DNA of 64,000 nt, from positions 12,153-76,152 of the forward strand of contig CASFFG010000002.1 in the NCBI GenBank assembly GCA_949293905.1. Reading direction: 5' to 3'. The notes under the pieces are model-generated. The model made no database searches. It was not told the DNA's origin and saw only the letters and a list, made by a program, of their open reading frames with translations. The stretch comes from an uncultured Christensenella sp. Lineage in GTDB: Bacteria; Bacillota; Clostridia; Christensenellales; UBA1242. Positions 7,980 to 17,367 of this stretch are shown here, in pieces (position 1 is the stretch's first letter; each line of letters opens with the position of its first letter). The translations under genes and the position numbers were made by a program.

Positions 7980-8642
7980 ATGAAAAATAACAAGATTTTA
8001 GGTAAAAAGGAAAGTATATTTGTAATAATTGCCCTATCAATAATAAATATTCTATTCTTAGTTCAATTCATTATTAACTTTGCTGATATAACTAACATTG
8101 TTAATCTACTAAAATTAGATGACCCGACATTAAATATAAAAAATTTCGATGTATATAAAATTGTACTAATTTTTATGTTGGTGTTTTGTATAATTTCGTT
8201 TATTTTATCATTTATATTTTTAACCTTGCGTAACAGAACTGCTAAAAGTGCGATATTGATAGTTAATGTAACCTTGCTAGTATTAATTTATGCTTTCTAC
8301 TTTACCATAAAATTTTCTAATGGAAATATGTTCTCTTTGTTCGCTGGTGTTGCAGGTGATTATTCATCTATAATTTTCAATGATTATCTAATTAGCGAAG
8401 GTGTATCACTTTTAATCTCTGTAGGTATCTCTTTTGTAAATAGTATATTATCCTTTAATTTATCCAACCAAATATTTGGGAAAAACAGGGAAAACAAAAA
8501 TGAGATCGACGAAAATAAGTCAGTGGCTGAACTTGATTTAGAAAACGGAATAGAAAAATTAAAAAGTCAAATAAGAATAAAAAATCTAGAAAAAGAATAC
8601 CTTAAATTAAAGAGCGAATTGGACGAAGATACACAAGAATAA
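7980..8642 (+). CDS. Multi-pass membrane protein with C-terminal coiled-coil tail, function unknown
   Basis: 220 aa. Shine-Dalgarno AAGGAGAA precedes the ATG. About five hydrophobic segments are followed by the charged heptad-like ENKSVAELDLENGIEKLKSQIRIKNLEKEYLKLKSELDE. Confidence 0.6.
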   Translation: MKNNKILGKKESIFVIIALSIINILFLVQFIINFADITNIVNLLKLDDPTLNIKNFDVYKIVLIFMLVFCIISFILSFIFLTLRNRTAKSAILIVNVTLLVLIYAFYFTIKFSNGNMFSLFAGVAGDYSSIIFNDYLISEGVSLLISVGISFVNSILSFNLSNQIFGKNRENKNEIDENKSVAELDLENGIEKLKSQIRIKNLEKEYLKLKSELDEDTQE

Positions 8643-8650
8643 AAAAATTA

Positions 8651-8676
8651 CCGCTAAATAAACTTAGCGGGTTTTT
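8651..8676 (+). terminator. Rho-independent terminator
   Basis: Stem CCGCTAA (8651-8657) / TTAGCGG (8664-8670), followed by GTTTTT. Confidence 0.7.
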
Positions 8677-8713
8677 AATTTATTTTTTTAATTTTTTCAC
8701 AATAACGCAATTT

Positions 8714-8992
8714 TTAAATTATTTCAATTTTGAACTTATCGGGAAATTGTTTTTCTGCGTCTATAAAGCAATTATTTATTAAATTTATTATATGTTCATT
8801 ATAATCATTTTCTTTTTTGTCAAAACCTTAAAGAATTATCTTACAAGGTGTCTCAATATAGCCAGTCAACATGTCCCATAACACATCTGCGTTTTTACCA
8901 AACCAATCGGGCAAGTTCATTTTCTTTTGAATTAAAATATAATATTCTTCCGCCCAATTAAACTCATTTCTATTAAACTTATAGATTTTCAT
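8714..8992 (-). pseudogene. Barstar-like (RNase inhibitor family) gene interrupted by one in-frame TAA; no adjacent RNase gene
   Basis: Hand translation from ATG 8990-8992 gives MKIYKFNRNEFNWAEEYYILIQKKMNLPDWFGKNADVLWDMLTGYIETPCKIIL-TAA(8828-8830)-GFDKKENDYNEHIINLINNCFIDAEKQFPDKFKIEII-stop(8714-8716). The LPDWFGKNADVLWDMLTG segment matches the barstar core (LPEYYGENLDALWDCLTG in B. amyloliquefaciens barstar, from memory). Confidence 0.55.
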
Positions 8993-9019
8993 AAAATTAC
9001 ACTTTTTATTAATTCACAA

Positions 9020-9613
9020 CTACATTTCGCGACGAGAAGAGAGTGCTTTGGAGAGGGTTGCTGGGTCGGTGTATTCGAGTTCGCTACCCATTGAAATACC
9101 TTGCGCAATACGAGTAACTTTGATGCCGAGCGGTTTTAATAAATTCGCGATATACATTGCTGTTGCTTCCCCTTCTACATCTGGATTTGTTGCAACAATG
9201 ACTTCAACAATATTTTCGTTTTTTACCCTATCTAGTAGCGAGCGGATATTTATGTCGTTTGGTCCTTTCCCTTCAAGTGGATTAATTACACCATGCAACA
9301 CATGATATGTTCCATTAAATTCTCGTACCTTTTCAAGAGCAATTACATCTTTTGGCTCTTTCACAACACAAATAATTGGTTCTTTCTTTTCGCGTGCGCA
9401 GATATCACAAATTTCCTTATCTGTAAAGTTTGCACAAATTTTGCAATAGTGGATTTTTGTTTTTGCATCAATCATGGCATCTGCAAAATTTCTAACATCT
9501 GCTTCGCTTTGAGTCAGCAAAAAATAGGCGTATCTCTGCGCCGTCTTTTTCCCTACTGCTGGCAACTTACAAAACTCCGCTACCAGTCTATCCATTGCGT
9601 CAATTTGGTTCAT
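9020..9613 (-). CDS. recR: Recombination protein RecR
   Basis: 197 aa with an N-terminal HhH region (LPAVGKKTAQRYAYFLL), the C4 zinc motif CKICANFTDKEICDIC and a Toprim domain. Confidence 0.95.
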   Translation of the reverse strand: MNQIDAMDRLVAEFCKLPAVGKKTAQRYAYFLLTQSEADVRNFADAMIDAKTKIHYCKICANFTDKEICDICAREKKEPIICVVKEPKDVIALEKVREFNGTYHVLHGVINPLEGKGPNDINIRSLLDRVKNENIVEVIVATNPDVEGEATAMYIANLLKPLGIKVTRIAQGISMGSELEYTDPATLSKALSSRREM

Positions 9614-9945
9614 TACATTAACCCGCCTAGTCCGCCAAAACCACCTAACTTTTCGCGTCTTAGTTCGTCCGCTTTTGTGTTAGCGTCCTTAATAGCGACT
9701 ATGATTAAATCTTCTAGCATCTCAACATCATCTGGGTCAACAGCCGTCTTATCTAATTTAATAGACTTAATTTCCCTCTCTCCGTTCATAGTAACGACGA
9801 CCATCTCGCCACCTGCTTTTCCTACTACTTCCGCAGTCTTTAATTCTTCTTGAGCCTTTTCCATTTGCTCCTGCATTTTTCTAGCCTGTTGCATGATAGC
9901 GTTCATATTCATTCCGCCACCAAATCCGCCGTGACCATATGCCAT
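9613..9945 (-). CDS. ybaB: Nucleoid-associated protein YbaB/EbfC
   Basis: 110 aa. Contains MQQARKMQEQMEKAQEEL...GGEMVVVTMNGEREIKSIKLD with Gly-rich termini. Sits in the conserved dnaX-ybaB-recR order. Shine-Dalgarno is AAAGGAGAA. Confidence 0.9.
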   Translation of the reverse strand: MAYGHGGFGGGMNMNAIMQQARKMQEQMEKAQEELKTAEVVGKAGGEMVVVTMNGEREIKSIKLDKTAVDPDDVEMLEDLIIVAIKDANTKADELRREKLGGFGGLGGLM

Positions 9946-9965
9946 AAAAATTCTCCTTTATCTAT

Positions 9966-11456
9966 TTATTCCTTAAATTTAATTTTTGACTTAAAAATAT
10001 CCTTTAAACTATCCTTAACATCGGTAGTTGAAGCATTTTTACTATCATATTCCACTTTAACTTCAACTATACTATCGTCGAACAATTTAATCATTTCTAA
10101 TATTACACTAATTCGCTCTTTATTGTCAATCATTTCGAACGAACCTAGGTCATTGGTATGAATGAAAAAGGTATTTCCGCTCTTCTCGACTTTATTTACA
10201 GTGGTGAGCGCGTTAGAGAGAGCAAACATATTTCTTTCCTTTACCTTTAATAGCACATTTCCCCAAATTTTATCAATTTCGCTAGATTGTTCTTTTTTTT
10301 CGGGCAGCTTACTAACTACTGTTTCCACTTTCGGTGTAGTTTCAACACTCTTAATTGCCGGTCCTGAACTTGCTCCGTTCATATTAATCAGTTGCAAGCA
10401 AGCGGATTCGAAAAGATTTTCTGGATTAATGCTATATTTTAATTCTAACTCAATCTCAGCAAACTTACTAAACGCATTTTTCAATTCTTCCATGTTGAAG
10501 TTAGAACTAATTTCAGCGTATTGTGCATATTCGCCCGGCATTATATCCAATATTGAATAGTCGCCAACTCCCGCTTTGACCATAATAAGATTTTTAATAA
10601 AATCGGCCATCTCTTTGCATAGTACTTGAATATTTTTTCCCATACCAAGCGCATTTTTCACACTTTCAAATACGCGTCTTATATCTTTTGATAGGATTGA
10701 TAAAAGAATATCTTTTATACTGTCTCTGTTCGATAATCCAATGACATTTTCAGTCATGGTGTAATCTATTTTATAGTCACAGTATGACGCGACACTATCC
10801 GCGATCGACAACATATCTCGTACACTACCTTCCCCCGCGCGTGCAATTAAATTAAGGCTCTTCTCGTCATAAGTTATTCCCTTTTTATCAAATACATTCT
10901 TTAAATGCTCAACAAGGGTATTTAGCGGAAGAAGTTTAAAATCAAAGCGCATACATCTAGATAAAATTGTGGCAGGAAGTTTATGAATTTCAGTGGTTGC
11001 AAGAATAAAAATTACATGTTTTGGTGGTTCTTCAAGCGTCTTTAAAAGTGCATTAAACGCGCTGTCGGTCAACATATGCACTTCGTCAATAATATAAACT
11101 TTATATTTGCCAATAAGCGGTGGATAACTAACTTTTTCGCGCAAATCTCGAATTTCTTCAACTCGATTGTTTGATGCAGCGTCTATCTCAAAAATATCCG
11201 TGTTTGGTTCACTTAGTGCTACACATTCTGCGCACATTCCACAAGGGTTACCATCTGTTGAATGTGTACAATTTACCGCTTTTGCAAAAATTTTTGCTGT
11301 ACTAGTCTTTCCAGTTCCGCGTGGACCACAAAATAGATATGCATGAGTGAGTCTACCTGTTTTAATTTGGTTCTTTAAAGTTTTAACGATATAGTCCTGA
11401 CCGACTACTTCATCAAAATTTTTAGGTCTAAATTCGCGGTATAATGCTAGGTTCAT
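9966..11456 (-). CDS. dnaX: DNA polymerase III subunit gamma/tau
   Basis: 496 aa with the GPRGTGKTS Walker A, a C-x-C zinc module (CGMCAECVAL), DEVHML and the SRC motif (ILSRCMRF). Confidence 0.95.
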   Translation of the reverse strand: MNLALYREFRPKNFDEVVGQDYIVKTLKNQIKTGRLTHAYLFCGPRGTGKTSTAKIFAKAVNCTHSTDGNPCGMCAECVALSEPNTDIFEIDAASNNRVEEIRDLREKVSYPPLIGKYKVYIIDEVHMLTDSAFNALLKTLEEPPKHVIFILATTEIHKLPATILSRCMRFDFKLLPLNTLVEHLKNVFDKKGITYDEKSLNLIARAGEGSVRDMLSIADSVASYCDYKIDYTMTENVIGLSNRDSIKDILLSILSKDIRRVFESVKNALGMGKNIQVLCKEMADFIKNLIMVKAGVGDYSILDIMPGEYAQYAEISSNFNMEELKNAFSKFAEIELELKYSINPENLFESACLQLINMNGASSGPAIKSVETTPKVETVVSKLPEKKEQSSEIDKIWGNVLLKVKERNMFALSNALTTVNKVEKSGNTFFIHTNDLGSFEMIDNKERISVILEMIKLFDDSIVEVKVEYDSKNASTTDVKDSLKDIFKSKIKFKE

Positions 11457-12052
11457 TACAATTCTCCTTTTATAGATTTTAATTTTCTTTTAATTGATTG
11501 TAAAGTGTTATCCACTTGTTTTATTGTCATATTTGTGCGTTCCGCCATGGTGGCATAAGTGTAACCATTTAGAAACATTTTCAGTAATTTATATTGCTCA
11601 TCGGTCAATATATCTTTAATTTTACTCAACATAATCGTCTTCATTTCACGATTTAAAAAATAATTTTCCACATTGCTCATATCATCGGCGACTACAATAT
11701 TTAAATTTTCGTCATCATCGCCCTTATCGTCATAATTGTTGATAGGAAGATATGTATTTAATGGTTCGTTTTTCTTCCTTCCCGCGAGTTTAACCGCATT
11801 TTGCATCTTCCTATGAATAAAAAGGGACGCAAACGCACTAAAACTTTTATTTTTGGTTTTATCAAACACACATATTGCGCGATAAAGGCCTATCATTCCC
11901 TCTTGCACAAGGTCGTCAGTGTCCGCGCCTAGCAAAAAGTATTCACGCGCTATCGCCGTAACTTTTGGTTTAAAAATTGTAAATAGTTCTTCCATAGCGC
12001 TCTCGTCGTGATTTTGCGCGCGCTCTACTAATGCGAAAATTTCTTCTTCCAC
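11456..12052 (-). CDS. sigH: RNA polymerase sigma factor, SigH-like
   Basis: 198 aa. YFLLGADTDDLVQEGMIGLYRAICVFD closely parallels Bacillus SigH region 2. It sits in the mrnC-rlmB-sigH gene order typical of Bacillota. Confidence 0.8.
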   Translation of the reverse strand: MEEEIFALVERAQNHDESAMEELFTIFKPKVTAIAREYFLLGADTDDLVQEGMIGLYRAICVFDKTKNKSFSAFASLFIHRKMQNAVKLAGRKKNEPLNTYLPINNYDDKGDDDENLNIVVADDMSNVENYFLNREMKTIMLSKIKDILTDEQYKLLKMFLNGYTYATMAERTNMTIKQVDNTLQSIKRKLKSIKGEL

Positions 12053-12777
12053 TATTTTCTCCTTTGTCTTACCACTTCATAAATTCCTATCGCTCCTGCG
12101 CATGATGCATTAAGGCTATTTACTCTACCATACATATCAAGTGATAAAATCTCGTCCGCACTCTCTTTAACTAGTCTTGACACACCTTTTCCTTCACTCC
12201 CAATTATGATAGCAGTTGGATAAGTAAAATCGGCGTCGTATATAGTTTTATTCCCCGCTTCTAACGCGTATACCCAGATATTCTTTTTCTTCAATTCATT
12301 AATAGTCCTAGTCAAGTTTTTGACCATAGCGACTTTCATATTTACTATCGCTCCCGAACTTGTCTTATATACTGTTGAATTAATCTCGCACGCCCTATTC
12401 TCTGGTATAATCACACCATCGACTCCCGCGCATTCACAAGTACGGATTATCGCGCCTAGATTGTGCGGGTCTTCTATTCCATCTAAAATCACTATAAATG
12501 GCTTAGTCCCCTTCCTATCGCTCTCGAGTAAAATATCTTCTACTTCCACATATTTGAAATTAGGAATATATGCCATTATAAGTCGCGCTTCGCCTTTAGA
12601 CATATGTGCTAAATCTTGCTTTGATACAACTTGAACAGGTATTCCCTGTCTGTTTGCTTTATCAAAAATCTCGTTTATACTCTTATTATCCCTCTCTCCC
12701 TTAGCGATGATTATCTTATCAATCTTCGCACGGGCGGAAAGTAACTCATTTATTACATTTATTCCTTCAACAATCAT
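12052..12777 (-). CDS. rlmB: TrmH/SpoU-family 23S rRNA 2'-O-methyltransferase (RlmB/YacO-like)
   Basis: 241 aa. Contains the SpoU motifs DGIEDPHNLGAIIRT, IIGSEGKGVS and SLNAS. Confidence 0.8.
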   Translation of the reverse strand: MIVEGINVINELLSARAKIDKIIIAKGERDNKSINEIFDKANRQGIPVQVVSKQDLAHMSKGEARLIMAYIPNFKYVEVEDILLESDRKGTKPFIVILDGIEDPHNLGAIIRTCECAGVDGVIIPENRACEINSTVYKTSSGAIVNMKVAMVKNLTRTINELKKKNIWVYALEAGNKTIYDADFTYPTAIIIGSEGKGVSRLVKESADEILSLDMYGRVNSLNASCAGAIGIYEVVRQRRK

Positions 12778-13166
12778 AATTCCACCGCCACATATTTATT
12801 AAAAATTTCTAATATTCTATCATTATCATCAATTAAATATAAATATCCAATTAACGCTTCAAACTGAGTCGCTAAACTATACTCCGTTAAAGTACTATTC
12901 TTCGCCCGACTGTTTAAATGTGCATTTCTCGTTCGCATGACGATATCCAACTCGTCCGTATTTAACTCGGGTTTTATCATTTCCATGAATTTTGCCTGAG
13001 CCTTAGCACAAACAATTTCATTAGCGCGCTTGTTTAGTGAATTTGGCTTTGTATCATACTTTTTTACTAAGGCTTCTCTAACCATTAGGGTAAAAACACT
13101 ATCACCAAGGTATGCTAAAGTTAACATATTTCTCTGCTTAACGCGAGATTTTAATTCATTTCCCAT
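12774..13166 (-). CDS. mrnC: Mini-ribonuclease III
   Basis: Contains the LAYLGDSVFTLMVRE and FEALIGYLYL RNase III-like motifs. The ORF track start (GTG 13190) is replaced by ATG 13164-13166, because a promoter-like element ends 6 nt upstream of that ATG. Confidence 0.85.
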   Translation of the reverse strand: MGNELKSRVKQRNMLTLAYLGDSVFTLMVREALVKKYDTKPNSLNKRANEIVCAKAQAKFMEMIKPELNTDELDIVMRTRNAHLNSRAKNSTLTEYSLATQFEALIGYLYLIDDNDRILEIFNKYVAVEL

Positions 13167-13172
13167 GCAAAA

Positions 13173-13201
13173 AATATAACATATTTTCACTTTTTTGTAA
13201 A
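13173..13201 (-). promoter_or_regulatory. Candidate promoter giving a leaderless mrnC transcript
   Basis: Minus-strand reading is TTTACA (13196-13201), a 17-nt spacer, then TATATT (13173-13178), then TTTTGC, then ATG. There is no Shine-Dalgarno before either candidate start. Confidence 0.4.
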
Positions 13202-13270
13202 GAAAGTATAGAAAAACTTTGACAAATTATAAAAAATCGCATACAATTAAAATGAATTTGGAGAAATATA

Positions 13271-13762
13271 GTGGAATTTATTAAGCGTATGCGAAAGCGC
13301 GAATTTACAGAAATGACTTTGAAGACACTTATCGCTGTCTTTATGTCGTTTGTCGCAATTATACTTATGGAAGGCATGATTTATGGCATCGAATTAAACG
13401 CGCTTTATACTAACGGCTCTGCTTCTTATAGTTCGTCCGAAACTACTACGGCTTACTGCATTGAAGTAGAAGAAGACAGATATTTTGTAGTCTATCATAA
13501 TCCAAACACTGATGGTAGCGAGTGGTCCGCAACCGCATATACCTTAATCTCTCGCGAGGATTGCGAAAATCTTAGTGCGACTGTTGTGTACCATGCCCCT
13601 AACGCGTTTATCTTCTCAATAACTCCTGTACACTATGTTGTCATGGCGGTATTCTTGCTCGCTGTCGGCGGATATTTTACTTATAGATTTATAAAACTTA
13701 AAAAAGAATATACTAACATAATCGATAAATACGAAAAAGAAGGTATTATCGAATTAGAATAA
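13271..13762 (+). CDS. Membrane protein with two TM helices, function unknown
   Basis: 163 aa, GTG start preceded by GGAGAA. Hydrophobic segments lie near residues 20-45 and 120-145. Confidence 0.55.
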   Translation: MEFIKRMRKREFTEMTLKTLIAVFMSFVAIILMEGMIYGIELNALYTNGSASYSSSETTTAYCIEVEEDRYFVVYHNPNTDGSEWSATAYTLISREDCENLSATVVYHAPNAFIFSITPVHYVVMAVFLLAVGGYFTYRFIKLKKEYTNIIDKYEKEGIIELE

Positions 13763-13768
13763 AAACGA

Positions 13769-13808
13769 AAGAGTTGGTATTTATATGTTATATATCAACT
13801 CTTTTTTT
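13769..13808 (+). terminator. Rho-independent terminator
   Basis: Stem AAGAGTTG (13769-13776) / CAACTCTT (13796-13803), followed by a T-run. Confidence 0.6.
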
Positions 13809-13890
13809 GTTTCCTATTTTTCTTTTGTGTTTATTCTAATTTAAATAATATTCAATTTAATAAATAAACAAATTTTACACAAAATATGGT

Positions 13891-14112
13891 ATGGTATATT
13901 ATAATTATCATGCTATTGCAAAAAATTTAATCTCGTCCGGTCATTGTATAGGTGCGACACAATTTAAAAGATATAAACATATCTATCCTGCACTGGTGTT
14001 ATATTTTGATAATCATCGCCCTATCCCTATTCGCGAATATAGGTGGAACGATTATATCCCGCTTTTGTGTAAGCAACATATTGAAATAGCGCAAGGTGAA
14101 GAATTAGGCTAA
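13891..14112 (+). CDS. Small conserved-looking hypothetical protein (73 aa)
   Basis: ORF track only. The sequence YNYHAIAKNLISSGH...PALVLYFDNHRPIPIREYRW looks like a folded small protein, but I cannot name the family. It overlaps the addA stop by 9 nt (convergent). Confidence 0.45.
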   Translation: MVYYNYHAIAKNLISSGHCIGATQFKRYKHIYPALVLYFDNHRPIPIREYRWNDYIPLLCKQHIEIAQGEELG

Positions 14113-17100
14113 TTCACCATTTTCTATTGAGTATATTAAAGTTTTATTTACTGGCTTTTTGTAAGATAGTTCTACCGCTTTTTTATATAGCGCCAACTGT
14201 TCGGCATATTTTTCCTTTAATACGCGCGCGCTAAGGCGAGAAAATTTGTAATCTACTATCGTTATATTATCCGCATATTCTATAATTAGGTCAACCACAC
14301 CTTGTACAAGCACTCTATCTTCAACATTGCTTTTAACTAGACTGTTATATGGCACATACATCATAAATTCGGCTTCCTTTTTTACATTAATAGCATCAGT
14401 CACAAGTGGGCTTAATTTTTCATGTGCCAACTTGATTTTTTCATAGTCCACATCGCTAAATTCGGTATTTTTAACATACTTGTTTTTTAAGTCGAGTTGC
14501 TCTAGTGCGGAGTGATAATGTGTCCCAATGGTTGCTCTATCTTCTTCAGCATTCATTTGAACATATCTAGTTAATTCACGCTTTGTTTCAAACTTTGTTC
14601 TCTCATTTTCTTGAGTGTTAAGTCCTGTAACAGTGTTTTTAAAAGGAATATCAAATTTTTCTGCTTCTGGGTACGAAAAATCTTCGTATTCAATACTACA
14701 TTTATCTTCATTTGTTAAATCTTCTAATTTCAACTCTTTTTCGCTAAATCTTATGTTGGCATATTTGAAATCATTTTCGCCTTCAATCAATCTATCTTTA
14801 AAGCATGACAAAATACAGTTTAAATAACTGGTGTTTTTTAATTCGTCAATATCTTTAAAGAAATTTTCGCTATAACTACCCGTAATTATCAACTTATTTT
14901 TCGCGCGTGTCATAGCGACATATAATAATCTTAATTCTTCCTCATAACCCTTTTTGTTATTCTTTAATTTTATCGCAAATTTACTTAATGACGGCGATTT
15001 CGTCCTATTCTCGACATCAAAATAATCGAGTCCAAGTCCAATATCTCGGTTAAAGTTAATGCTAGGACTTTCCTTTATGAACGAAAACTGCTTACTAGAA
15101 TTATATAAAATAACGACTGGATATTCTAGACCTTTACTTTTATGTATGGTTTGAACGGTTACGCTATCCATTCTATCAACAGTAGAAAAATCTGCACTGT
15201 CATCGACATTACTCTCCACCATTTCAATAAATTCCGCTAAGTTCAAACTATCTTCGATAACAGAAATTTTTTGTAAAAACTCTTCTATCAATTGAAGTTC
15301 CTTTTCACCTTCAGCCTTAATTAGAAAATAGTATTTTAAGCGCATGTCGTTTAAAATATACCTTATTAATTCGCTATTTGTTTTTGTAAAACTAGCGTTT
15401 TTAATTTCTTCAACCCTTTTAAAACCTAGTTTGACCTTTTCATCATTACTATTTTTTAAATTTTCAATCAAACTTGTTTTCGTGTCGCGTATCTTTATAA
15501 AATCATCTATATCCATTTCGGTTAAAGCCATAAATGCCGCGTAATAATCCACATCGTCCGCCGTGTTCACAACGCATTTAAGAATAGATAAAATTAATTG
15601 TACTCCTTCACTTGATTTTACATCTAATTTGTTGTTTGAATTTACGGGGATATTATGTGCCTTTAACCGCTCTATTAATGTACTAGTAGCACTATCTTTT
15701 TCCGAGCGCGCGAGTATAGCGATATCACCATAATTTAGCGTCCTATATTCTTTCAATTTTGCGTCATAAAAACTCGTCCCAATAAACCTAGTTATCTCAC
15801 TAATTACATACGCGTCTTCTGCGCTGATTTCTTCTTTTTCGTCCATACTAGCATGCTCTTTTACACTGTAAATTCCGTTTGCTAAATCTTTACTTTCTTC
15901 TTTAAATAAAACAATCTTTACCTTATCATCAACAATATCATCGCGCTGTGGTTCAATTATAGCATCGTGAACATAATCAATTCCGCTAGTACTTTTTGTC
16001 ATGAGTTTTATAAAAATCTCGTTTATGAATTCTAGTACCTTGGGATTTGAACGAAAATTTACATTCATATCAAATTTCGTTCCCAATTCTTTGTTCTTTG
16101 CATAACTATTATACTTATCTAAAAACCACTCAGGGCTTGAACCCCGAAAGCCATAAATAGATTGCTTCACATCTCCAACAGTGAATAGATATGTATCTTC
16201 ACCCACTAGTGCGGACAATAGCGAATCTTGAAGTGGATTTACATCTTGATATTCGTCAATAAAAATGTATTTGTATTTTGATTTTAATTCGTTTTTTACT
16301 CTATCATTTTCTAGTAATTTTAGCATTAACCTATTTAAGTCGTTAAAATCTATTAAATTATTTTTTTCTTTTAAATTTCTGTAATTTTTAATAAAATCTA
16401 ATAGAATTTCAATAAAAATATCATAATATTGAATAATTTTTTCATTTTTTATATCAAAATTCTCGTCAATTCCATTTTCGTAGAACGAATTTTGCATTGA
16501 AATAAAATCGTTTATTGCCTTACTAACCGACTCTAATTGTGGAAATTTTGTTATCTCCTTTTTATCGAATTTCTCTAACTTTATTTCTTTTAATATAATT
16601 AAGTTCGCTTTTAAATTTAAGTTAGCATTTAATTTTTCAATCTCTTTGATATTTTGTTTTATTTTTACTAAAAGTTTATCGTCCAATTCCATATTTGCAT
16701 GGATTAAAACATCATATGTTTTTTTAGTTGCTTCCAATAAATAATTTAGTACAATCTTCTCACTATTTCTACTAGAGATATATTCTTCCCTAGATTTAGT
16801 TAAAAAATCTTCATAATCATCAATGTTGATTATCTCGTAATATGTATCTAGGATTATCTCTTTTAGTGTTTCAAAATTTCTCCTATTCCCACCATAAAAA
16901 TCTAGCATTAAATTCGCTTTATCACTATCTTTATTAAGTTTATTTAATGTCATATTCATGGCTCGAGTTAGATAGTAATCTCGACTAGCATCACTGATAA
17001 TCTCTATATTTGGAGAAATATTTAACTCATAAAAATATTTTTTTATTGTCTTGGAACTAAAACCGTCGATAGTATCAATACTCGCTGTTTTTACCTGACT

Positions 17101-17367
17101 TATTAAGGATAAAATTTTTTCCTTATTCTCGCTCTTAACTAAAATCTCGTTCAGTTTCTCGATAAGTCTAAGTTTCATTTCTTCACCTGCTAGGACGGTA
17201 AAGGTAACGACCAAGAGTGAGTCAACCGGGACATTCTCATTTATTATTAAATCAGCGATTTTCTCTATCATAACGGTAGTTTTACCGCTCCCCGCACCCG
17301 CACTGACTAGTTGATTTTTTGCGCGCGATAGTAGGATATCTCTCTGCACTCCTTCAAATTTAGGCAT
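14104..17367 (-). CDS. addA: ATP-dependent helicase/nuclease subunit A (AddA)
   Basis: Contains the UvrD-type Walker A AGAGSGKTTVM, DEYQDVNP, the helicase motifs VGDVKQSIYGFRG and a C-terminal RecB-type nuclease (GVVDLI...DYK). Start is set to ATG 17365-17367 after GGAGGTG. It overlaps the addB stop. Confidence 0.9.
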   Translation of the reverse strand: MPKFEGVQRDILLSRAKNQLVSAGAGSGKTTVMIEKIADLIINENVPVDSLLVVTFTVLAGEEMKLRLIEKLNEILVKSENKEKILSLISQVKTASIDTIDGFSSKTIKKYFYELNISPNIEIISDASRDYYLTRAMNMTLNKLNKDSDKANLMLDFYGGNRRNFETLKEIILDTYYEIINIDDYEDFLTKSREEYISSRNSEKIVLNYLLEATKKTYDVLIHANMELDDKLLVKIKQNIKEIEKLNANLNLKANLIILKEIKLEKFDKKEITKFPQLESVSKAINDFISMQNSFYENGIDENFDIKNEKIIQYYDIFIEILLDFIKNYRNLKEKNNLIDFNDLNRLMLKLLENDRVKNELKSKYKYIFIDEYQDVNPLQDSLLSALVGEDTYLFTVGDVKQSIYGFRGSSPEWFLDKYNSYAKNKELGTKFDMNVNFRSNPKVLEFINEIFIKLMTKSTSGIDYVHDAIIEPQRDDIVDDKVKIVLFKEESKDLANGIYSVKEHASMDEKEEISAEDAYVISEITRFIGTSFYDAKLKEYRTLNYGDIAILARSEKDSATSTLIERLKAHNIPVNSNNKLDVKSSEGVQLILSILKCVVNTADDVDYYAAFMALTEMDIDDFIKIRDTKTSLIENLKNSNDEKVKLGFKRVEEIKNASFTKTNSELIRYILNDMRLKYYFLIKAEGEKELQLIEEFLQKISVIEDSLNLAEFIEMVESNVDDSADFSTVDRMDSVTVQTIHKSKGLEYPVVILYNSSKQFSFIKESPSINFNRDIGLGLDYFDVENRTKSPSLSKFAIKLKNNKKGYEEELRLLYVAMTRAKNKLIITGSYSENFFKDIDELKNTSYLNCILSCFKDRLIEGENDFKYANIRFSEKELKLEDLTNEDKCSIEYEDFSYPEAEKFDIPFKNTVTGLNTQENERTKFETKRELTRYVQMNAEEDRATIGTHYHSALEQLDLKNKYVKNTEFSDVDYEKIKLAHEKLSPLVTDAINVKKEAEFMMYVPYNSLVKSNVEDRVLVQGVVDLIIEYADNITIVDYKFSRLSARVLKEKYAEQLALYKKAVELSYKKPVNKTLIYSIENGELA

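Noticed and set aside
2704-8992. Stop-codon reassignment or programmed read-through of TAA, prompted by two in-frame TAA codons in otherwise intact genes.
   Set aside because: TAA is the normal terminator of many well-delimited genes here, for example secA, dfx and the stop overlapping the addB/addA junction. Protein ends coincide with family-typical C-termini. Two events are better explained by nonsense mutations or sequence errors.
9293-9853. 186-aa plus-strand ORF.
   Set aside because: It is entirely antisense to recR and ybaB, which have unmistakable family signatures. It has low-complexity composition and no ribosome-binding site.
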